Assembly: GCF_006345805.1 (NCBI RefSeq)
Contig: NW_021827887.1
Coordinates: 1 to 9,639, forward strand
DNA length: 9,639 bases
Origin: Octopus sinensis
Lineage: Eukaryota
Direction of reading: 5' to 3'
Shown here: positions 1 to 7,550 of the stretch, piece by piece
Numbering within the stretch: position 1 is the first letter of the stretch
Layout of the letters: every line of letters begins with the position of its first letter
Translations under genes and position numbers: made by a program
Notes under the pieces: model-generated
Database searches by the model: none
What the model saw: only the letters and a program-made list of their open reading frames with translations
What the model was told of the DNA's origin: nothing

Positions 1-89
1 CGCTGTAAACATATATATACAATAAAGGTAAAATTCAAAGATCAGCGTGTAGGAAGCTAGGAAGCTTCGTGCAGTCCCCAAATTTTATC

Positions 90-136
90 TGTGCGTGTGT
101 GTGTGTGTGTATGTGTATGTGCATGTGTATTTGTGT
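90..136. repeat. Imperfect (GT)n microsatellite
   Basis: Direct reading. Confidence 0.95.
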
Positions 137-1272
137 AGAGATGTTTATATGTACTGATATATATGCATATATCGATCATATATGTTAACAGGTGACAAAT
201 ATTTCCTTACTATCTTTTGTTAGAATTTGAGCCTGTTATTCTTTCTCCAATACCGTAACCTCAATAACCCTTAAATCCCATGAATATTTCATATTGCTTG
301 AGCCCTGTTAGTCATCTCCTACACAACTATGGAATGTCGTAATTACCTGTTAAACTCTTGGCTGTGCAACAACAGGATTTTGCATTGTGAGTTTGCTCCA
401 ATGCCACGTTCTCCAATTTCGATTTGAAACTATATATTATTAAAACCTTCCTGCTCGTCTTATGAATTACTAACGTGACATATGTCTTATACACAACGTT
501 CAGTAATTTAATACATTGCATGATATTCTATTGCACAACTTGGTATCAATTACAGTTTTCAAATTGTCTTTGCTATAAGGTCAGCTTGATACTGTGACGG
601 GGAATATTAAAGAGACAATTACTGTGACACTGTATGATATACATATACCTGTGCATACGTACATATATACATAAAAACGTGCATTCACATACACGTATGC
701 ATAAATATGGGTTTATATATATTAATATATATATATTTGTAAATATTTGTTTAGTTATAGTCTATCGGAGTACATAAACGATAATTGAAATACAAGTTAT
801 TTCAAGTGACTTGGCCACTTAACTATTTAATATACTTTCCAATTATTTTAAACATTAATTAACATAGTACTATTTCAAAAAATGAATCTCATTTCGGATT
901 TGGCTTCAACAAGTCACTTGGTGTAATATCATTTCTTGAAGCTGCACACTTGCAAGACAAGCGACAATTATGTAATATATACACATATATAAAATTCTAT
1001 TCTGATATATTTTAATTTTATGTTTATAATACGAGTTGTATCGCTTATTGCGGAAACTCATCGGGCTCCATTTGATTTTGCTGAGCGGTAGTCAGAGTTA
1101 GTTTCTGGGTTTAACGTTGCGTATGGGGCAGTGCACACCTGAAATGTCAAAGACTCTTCCATTTTACCTGAACGTCAAAATAATATCCCTTAATTGTTGT
1201 TCTCCCAACATAATCTCTCTTTTATCATTTTGTTAGTTGCTGTTTGGTAATCTTGTACATTTTAATTATATA

Positions 1273-1275
<3 letters not shown>

Positions 1276-1320
<45 letters not shown>

Positions 1321-1348
1321 GAGACCACGAGAGAGAGTGAGAGAGAGA
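1276..1348. repeat. (TA)n of about 41 bp followed by a GA-rich repeat
   Basis: Direct reading: (TA)n 1276-1316 and imperfect (GA)n 1318-1348. Confidence 0.95.
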
Positions 1349-1730
1349 TACGTATATAAGACCAATCCCAGCAATAAATACCTAACTGGTAGGGACAATC
1401 TTCAGGTCACAAGAAACAAGACTATTTATAGTAACACTAACACCCAACAAGAAACCCCTATTCAGCTCAGTCTCATAGTTTCGTCAGGTGGTGCTATTAA
1501 GTTAGACATAGCCTGGACCAATCTCTGGTCGAAACATATCTAAGTTTTATCTAAGTTTTATCTAACATTCGGGTAGTAAGAATGGCTCTGAGGATGCTGT
1601 TCCGATAAATAACACCAAAATGCACACTTAGCACCTGAAACGTGCGTAATTCTAGGAGAAGAAAGATGTAAATAATTGTATGATAAATTTGCATGTGCAA
1701 AACTCGTTCTCTGTCCTTTATAATCTCAGT
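1349..1730 (+). mobile_element. Possible second Penelope-like terminal module between two (TA)n tracts
   Basis: A unique block of about 380 bp is bounded by (TA)n/(GA)n at 1276-1348 and by the (TA)n complex from 1731. It contains two broken hammerhead-like motifs (1513-1540, 1579-1653) and an 11-bp tandem repeat. Confidence 0.35.
1537..1565. repeat. 11-bp tandem repeat (TATCTAAGTTT) x2.6
   Basis: TATCTAAGTTT TATCTAAGTTT TATCTAA. Confidence 0.95.
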
Positions 1731-1859
1731 GTATTATATATATTATATATATATATATATATTATATATATTATATACTATTATATCGCCGCTTTTAAAG
1801 CTCAGAGAATTTAAAGAATTAAGAATATATATAGATATATATATAATATATATAATAAT

Positions 1860-1919
<60 letters not shown>

Positions 1920-1937
1920 ATATCTATATATATATGT

Positions 1938-1968
<31 letters not shown>

Positions 1969-1978
1969 TATATATGTA
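1731..1978. repeat. Interrupted (TA)n complex
   Basis: Direct reading; a unique insert lies at about 1785-1825. Confidence 0.95.
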
Positions 1979-2594
1979 TCAATATTAGTATTTTACGCTA
2001 TTACAATACATACATACATATCAATCTATACCCTCATAGAATATGCTGTTATGATATATAATGTTGTATACAATTAAATGTCAACACATTCTTAACTTCA
2101 TGACGAAATAGTGGAAACTCTCTCTACTAATCCCTGTGTATTTTATTTTGGACGATAATGTATGGGTTTGAAAATGTTATGCGTGTCATGAAGAATAAAA
2201 AAATGTATAGTTGAAACGAGTTGTGACTTTCAAGTCAAACGTGTAAATTAAGGAAATAATTGCTAGCTGTAAATTCTAATTTAGCTCTGAAGAATATACC
2301 CAATCACTGACATGTAACTATTAATGCCATGCTAGAATGGACCAGCAAAACCTAATTGATAATTGGTTGCTACGTACAGCGAAGTCATGTGGAAGGTATA
2401 AGATCAGTGCATGTATTAGATGGGAGTTGGGATACAAATACATGTGCATAAATCATTACATGATGAATTTGGATAACAAATGCATGGCCATAAATAACAT
2501 TCTCGAAGCAAATCCACATTCATTCGTAGTGAATTACGTAACACGGTACCGGGCCCTGGTATGCTACAGGAGTCAATAGTCAAGTTAGCTAGTG

Positions 2595-2880
2595 CCAGGC
2601 TGGTTATGAAGGTGCTTTGGTCCACGAGGGTTAAGTTGTGAATTCGCTTCTCGGCGGCGCGTTTTGCTTTTTAGCAAAGCACTTCAGTTCACGTTTCTCC
2701 AACCCACTTCGTTGAGAATAAACACCATTAACATCTGGTGAAGTGAGTGACCATGTGATAGATATGCAATCCATTCACAGAGGAAGTATCTTCTTTTTAG
2801 ACTCGCTTTTAGGTCAGGGATACTGGAGGAACCCCGGCCTAACTGGAGACAATCTTTTACTTCAGTAGCTCGGTGGGAGT
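2595..2880 (+). mobile_element. Old, degenerate tRNA/CORE-like SINE
   Basis: There is a degenerate head at about 2595-2660. GTTTTGCTTTTTAGCAAAGCACTTCAGTTCACGTTTCTCCAACCCAC (2661-2707) resembles the CORE-like 'ttgtgtccttgagcaaggcacttt..tccagtccac' domain as I recall it. CCATGTGATAGATATGCAATCCATTCACAGAGG resembles the 'gcgatggactagcatcccatccaggg' segment of invertebrate SINEs. It shares partial similarity with 6481-6510. The family match is from memory. Confidence 0.5.
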
Positions 2881-2900
2881 TCATGGAAGGTTGACATGGA

Positions 2901-3272
2901 AGCACTCCGTCGGTAACGACGATGAGGGTTCCGGTTGATCCGAATCAAAGGAACAGCCTGCTCGTGAAATTAACGTGCAAGTGGCTGAGCACTCCACAGA
3001 CACGTGTACCCTTAACGTAGTTCTCGGGGATATTCAGCGTGACACAGAGAGTGACAACAGGTACAACAGGTACAACAGAAACAGGAAGTAAGAGTGAGAG
3101 AAAGTTGTGGTGAAAGAGTACAGCAGGGATCACCACCATCCCCTGCCGGAGCCTCGTGGAGCTTTTGAGGTGTTTTCGCTCAATAAACACTCACAACGCC
3201 CGGTCTGGGAATCGAAACCGCGATCCTGTGACCGCGAGTCCGCTGCCCTATTCACTTGGCCATTGCGCCCCC
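2901..3272 (-). mobile_element. Full-length tRNA-derived SINE (octopus-type) with a 16-bp target-site duplication
   Basis: The minus strand starts GGGGGCGCAATGGCCAAGTGAATAGGGCAGCGGACTCGCGGTCACAGGATCGCGGTTTCGATTCCC, a tRNA-like head. The A-box-like TGGCCAAGTGA is at 3252-3262 and the B-box-like GGTTTCGATTCCC at 3207-3219. It is flanked by direct repeats GGAAGGTTGACATGGA (2885-2900) and GGAAGGTTTACATTGA (3273-3288), 14/16 identical. The body is GC-richer than the background. Confidence 0.9.
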
Positions 3273-4125
3273 GGAAGGTTTACATTGATGACTTCTTTTA
3301 CAGAAATAATTCTCTTAATTAATACAGTTCATTACATGTGTATAATTCATTGATTTTCGTTTATACAATCACAAAAACAGAGGTCAATGACGAAATACGT
3401 ATAGTGTTACTAGACCTTCAAGAAATCATATTTACATTCCACTCCTGTTGAGTAATGTCGCTCTAAGTGGTCTATATTTCACAGAAAGAAGGGGTGATTA
3501 TGGCCAGATTTAACTTGTGTGTATGCCTGCTTCTTCCAATTTGATTTGGAAATTGGAAAATAAACCCAAAGGTGAGCGCCCCGCAGCCAAGTCAACATCC
3601 ACTTACATACTCCAGGGAAATTTTACAATATATTTAAACTTGGCAATTTATTTAATAAGTATGAGTTACAAATACAAACGCAGTTATGTAATTATCCAGG
3701 TATATTAATATAATTATAAAATAAAAATTATCGCGCACATCATTCTACACATACAGCAGTTTCTATAATTTGTTGATAGTATAATTTCGAAGTATGTAGT
3801 TAATGAGGAAAATATTATAAAGAAAATCAAAAAAAAATCGGTACACTTAATTACATTATTCTAATTAATAACTATGTATTTCCCCCGTTTGTCGACAATT
3901 TGTGTACACTGGTATAATTATTAAAATTATTTATCTCCAATAAATATTTTGTGAGAATTGGTCTGGAATTTTAAGGTTTCAGAGTTGTTTTATAAATTTA
4001 ATTTGTGGAAATTTTATTGGATTTCAGTGAAATTATAAAAATTAATATTGATTATATTCTTGCTTCGAATTCGGGTAAGATAAAGATATTGCCTGAATGA
4101 CTGCTGTGTGTGAATGTATCTAATT

Positions 4126-4172
4126 ACACACACACACACAGGCACACACAAACACACACACACACACGCACA
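4126..4172. repeat. Imperfect (CA)n microsatellite
   Basis: Direct reading. Confidence 0.95.
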
Positions 4173-4260
4173 TAATATTACTCTCTTCCTCCCTCTGTAT
4201 TTCTCTAACCTTCTCTCGCTATTATATATACATATATATACATACATACATACAGAAATA

Positions 4261-4445
4261 CATAGATCGTTAGCCACTACAAACATTTTTTCTTCCTTGT
4301 TTCTCTCCTCGTTTTTACTGTGTCCCTTTCTGTAGAAGAGCGTAGGCTCGAAACGTAAAAGACTTTTTCTATTCCTGAGCGTTATACTAATACATCTGTT
4401 TGTTTTGTACACCACCTATCTTCTTTTGTTTTTTTCGTTAACTCC

Positions 4446-4448
<3 letters not shown>
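4261..4448 (+). mobile_element. Penelope-like-element terminal (pLTR-like) module or non-autonomous derivative, ending at a (TA)n tract
   Basis: A unique segment of about 190 bp lies between a CATA/CA-rich stretch and (TA)n 4449-4524 and contains a minimal hammerhead-like motif (next feature). The sequence resembles an abundant octopus repeat as I recall it. No RT or GIY-YIG coding sequence is present. Confidence 0.6.
4322..4363 (+). ncRNA. Minimal type I hammerhead-ribozyme-like motif with a variant core
   Basis: Stem I is GTC(CC)TTT 4322-4329 / AAAGAC 4358-4363. The core is CTGTAGA+A (4330-4337) versus canonical CUGANGA. Stem II is GAGC-gtag-GCTC (4338-4349), then GAAA (4350-4353), palindromic ACGT (4353-4356) and a GUA cleavage triplet ending at 4357. 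Confidence 0.65.

Positions 4449-4524
<76 letters not shown>
4449..4524. repeat. (TA)n microsatellite of about 75 bp with one phase shift
   Basis: Direct reading. Confidence 0.95.
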
Positions 4525-4528
<4 letters not shown>

Positions 4529-4773
4529 ACATTGTCCTTTTTATGTTCGTGGAAAACACAAAGTACTAAACTCCACCATCGTCACATTTCCATGACTAAT
4601 ACGGATAAATATTATAAGGATGAAGAAAGCAGGTTACAATAACATTATGATATTTGTACTTTGGCACAGTTATGTTGCGAGGTAGGTCCTTCTTGCAAGT
4701 TTCATCTACGTTTCATGTTAATTAATCGGAACAATGTACTTAGAATTAACATTCAAGAAAATTGAGATGCTAA

Positions 4774-4810
4774 TGCGTGTGTGTATGTGTGTGTGTGCGC
4801 GTGTGTGTAC
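4774..4810. repeat. Imperfect (GT)n microsatellite
   Basis: Direct reading. Confidence 0.9.
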
Positions 4811-5149
4811 ATATGTACACGTTTGTTTGTGATATCCTTTGTGTGTTTCTATTTTTAATATTTCTAAACTTTACATTTCATCCTTGAAGTTTCACATTAA
4901 GATTATTCGACAGCATTAACAATTGCGAATAATCCCAGGAGTTTGATTCTAAGAATAATATCTGAAAACATTCTTGCGAAACAATTTGATAATTTGATTG
5001 GCTTGTTGTAAATGGAAAAGAACCAGAATAGACAGTGCTTTAATTTTTATTAGGTGTGACAAATATTTAAACATGAATACATGAATATTAATATGATTCT
5101 AAGATAATTAAAAAAAAGAATGCATCCAAATTGATATTCTTGATAATCC

Positions 5150-5542
5150 TAACACAGACACACATACATATACACATATACACTCATATAGTTATATACA
5201 TATATTTATATGCATGTATCTATGTATATTTTCCATGTATGTGAATGTTTATGTATATATATATATGGGTATGTATGTATGTACATTTGCGTATAAATAT
5301 TATGTATATATATTTATATATATACATATGTGTGTGTGTGTGCATATACATACATATTTGTATGTATTTGTATATATGTACATCCGTGTATAAATAGTAC
5401 GTATATATATTTATGAACATAATTACACATATATACATACATATATTTATATGTATATATATATATATGTATATACATACAAATATATATATATATGCAT
5501 ATATATATATATATAATACAAAATATATATATATATGCATAT

Positions 5543-5623
<81 letters not shown>

Positions 5624-5652
5624 TTATATATGCATATGCGTGTGTGTGTGTG
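5150..5652. repeat. Compound alternating purine/pyrimidine array (TA/CA/GT/TATG) of about 500 bp
   Basis: Direct reading; it is the source of track ORFs 5220..5726 and 5413..5760. Confidence 0.95.
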
Positions 5653-5814
5653 TTGACAAGTGTCTTAGTGAAAATCCTTAATATATTCTCATTGACTGCC
5701 ATGACCAGTTTCATAGATTCAAACAAATTTGATTCTTTTCAAAAACAACTCAAATGTTGAATGTGAGTTGTTGAAAGGAAACAACGTCATAACACAATGA
5801 GATTAGTGAAATGA

Positions 5815-5890
5815 AAAAAGCAAAAAAAAAAAAAAAGAAAAATATATAACGAACCAAATAAATAAATAAATAAATAATAAATAAATAAAA
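5815..5890. repeat. Poly(A) and (TAAA)n low-complexity tract
   Basis: Direct reading. Confidence 0.85.
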
Positions 5891-6250
5891 CTTTAGCAAC
5901 GCATATCAAATGAAATGAAATCCAAACAAAGGCAAGGATTTCTAACACGTCAACATATAACAATCTCAAAGAAACTGTAACCGAAACCAACTACCTGGTT
6001 TTATTAATTGTAGAAAGCCTCCGATGTTGCGTCACAACGTGAAATTTGTTTTAGTCCAAGCAATTTTATTGATCGTCATTGCGCAAGAACCGAAGAAAAA
6101 TGAAATCCCAAAACAAAATTACAAATAACAAAATAAACAAATATAAAAACAAAAAATTCTATTGATCTATTGTTTATTTTCTGAAGAGGAAACCACGAAG
6201 ATATGAAGTAACAGCACGAGATGTTGTTGTAAGGAAAACACACTAATGTA

Positions 6251-6301
<51 letters not shown>

Positions 6302-6348
6302 ATGTATGTATGTATGTATGTATGTATATGTATGTATTCCTGCATGCA

Positions 6349-6384
<36 letters not shown>

Positions 6385-6398
6385 ATCTATCTATCTAT
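6251..6398. repeat. Compound microsatellite (TGTC)n-(TATG)n-(TC)n-(TCTA)n
   Basis: Direct reading; it abuts the SINE start at 6401. Confidence 0.95.
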
Positions 6399-6400
6399 AT

Positions 6401-6570
6401 GTGAAGGCGCATTGCTCAGTCGTTAGAGCGTCGGACTCACAATCATGGGGAAGTGTGTTCGATTCCCGGACGGGCTGTGAGTTTTCTTCTCATGCAACAC
6501 ACTCAGCTGTATGAGCTGTAAAAGATGCGGCGCCCTGGTAACAAGCTGTATTGACCTTTGCCCTTCTCTA
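6401..6570 (+). mobile_element. tRNA-derived SINE, 3'-truncated and internally deleted, with a CORE-like central remnant
   Basis: The head GTGAAGGCGCATTGCTCAGTCGTTAGAGCGTCGGACTCACAATCATGGGGAAGTGTGTTCGATTCCCGG has an A-box-like TTGCTCAGTCG (6412-6422) and a B box GTTCGATTCCC (6457-6467). About 55 of 80 aligned columns are identical to the head of the 2901-3272 SINE. It continues without a 3' acceptor-stem half or CCA, so it is a SINE and not a tRNA gene. Confidence 0.85.
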
Positions 6571-6694
6571 ACCGGCTACTTCTCTATTGGCAAGAAATTC
6601 TGAACTAAAACTGAATAATAATATACATACAGAATTGTATATATATATTAGCGTGCGTGTATATTTTAAAATTGATTCTCTATAAATATATTGA

Positions 6695-6699
6695 TGTGT

Positions 6700-6739
<40 letters not shown>

Positions 6740-6747
6740 TGTGTGTG

Positions 6748-6784
<37 letters not shown>
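6695..6784. repeat. (GT)n microsatellite of about 90 bp, interrupted
   Basis: Direct reading. Confidence 0.95.
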
Positions 6785-6785
<1 letters not shown>

Positions 6786-7384
6786 TCCTGTTCAAATAAA
6801 GTGTTTATTGCTGTATATATTATATTTTCATCTTTGAAAGATCTATCGATTTTTGATCGAAATATTCTGTTTTACCAAACTTTTCTATCATATTCGGTCC
6901 TTTTTGGGACCTCGTTTCAATCTAACGGAAGTTCCTAGATGGACTGAGAATGGTAGGTAAGTTCGACCACCATAGCACCTTTCGGTACGTACACCAATTG
7001 CTTACATTTTGACACTGGAACGGTTTCTGATAAAAATAATTGCATCACCATTAATATATATTCACAACGAATTCCTGGTTAGAGAATATTAGTTGAAGCT
7101 ACATTGCTACATATTATTTTATGGATTAATGCATGAAATAAAGTTCATCGCATTAAAGATTTATAGGATTAGCAATCCAAACGAGAATATTAGTAAAATT
7201 TTGAACGAAGGGACAGCAGAGAATTTCTGACAAAGAGAAAATACTACGGTTTATATGTAAAATTATTGATTGACATCCATTGTTTTATGGTGGAATATAC
7301 ATAATATATATCTTCACTCTGATGCCAGACGTTTTCTTGTGCATTCGTGTACCTCTGCAGTGTCCTCATAATACACTAAACGTG

Positions 7385-7387
<3 letters not shown>

Positions 7388-7421
<34 letters not shown>

Positions 7422-7440
7422 ATATATATATATATATATT
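7388..7440. repeat. Interrupted (TA)n microsatellite
   Basis: Direct reading. Confidence 0.95.
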
Positions 7441-7550
7441 ATTTTTATTATATACATATGATTTTTCACTCGCGTACAAATCAAAAGATAAGAAATATTT
7501 TCAGTCAAAATCAAAGCAGTATGGCTGACGTAATTTGCTCGCTGCACATA

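Noticed and set aside
556-625. Possible minus-strand SINE tail fragment
   Set aside because: Only a weak resemblance to a remembered consensus; too degenerate to call.
1460-1492. CTGACGA on the minus strand
   Set aside because: Not followed by a stem II and GAAA, so there is no hammerhead topology.
2545-2556. GGTACCGGGCCC, matching the KpnI-ApaI start of a cloning-vector polylinker
   Set aside because: Only 12 nt long, and the flanks do not continue as vector sequence; chance.
2337-3353. Short ORFs 2337, 2416, 2684, 2945, 3107 and 3156
   Set aside because: No recognisable domains; most overlap SINE sequence.
3485-3577. Putative 87-nt exon (TTTCACAG acceptor, AAG|GTGAGC donor)
   Set aside because: All three frames contain stops. 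It could only be a UTR or first exon, which cannot be supported without RNA data.
6401-6480. Possible genuine tRNA gene (also 3200-3272, minus strand)
   Set aside because: The promoter boxes are degenerate, the cloverleaf and acceptor stem are incomplete, and both continue into SINE body sequence.
1693-6938. Track ORFs rich in I/Y, H/T or V/C (1693, 1743, 4014, 4114, 5220, 5413, 6076, 6167, 6302, 6568, 6657)
   Set aside because: They are translations of microsatellites that lack stop codons, not proteins.
7082-7194. 12-bp direct repeat GAGAATATTAGT (7082-7093 and 7183-7194) as a possible TSD
   Set aside because: The enclosed 89 bp or so show no element features, and such a match is plausible by chance in AT-rich DNA.
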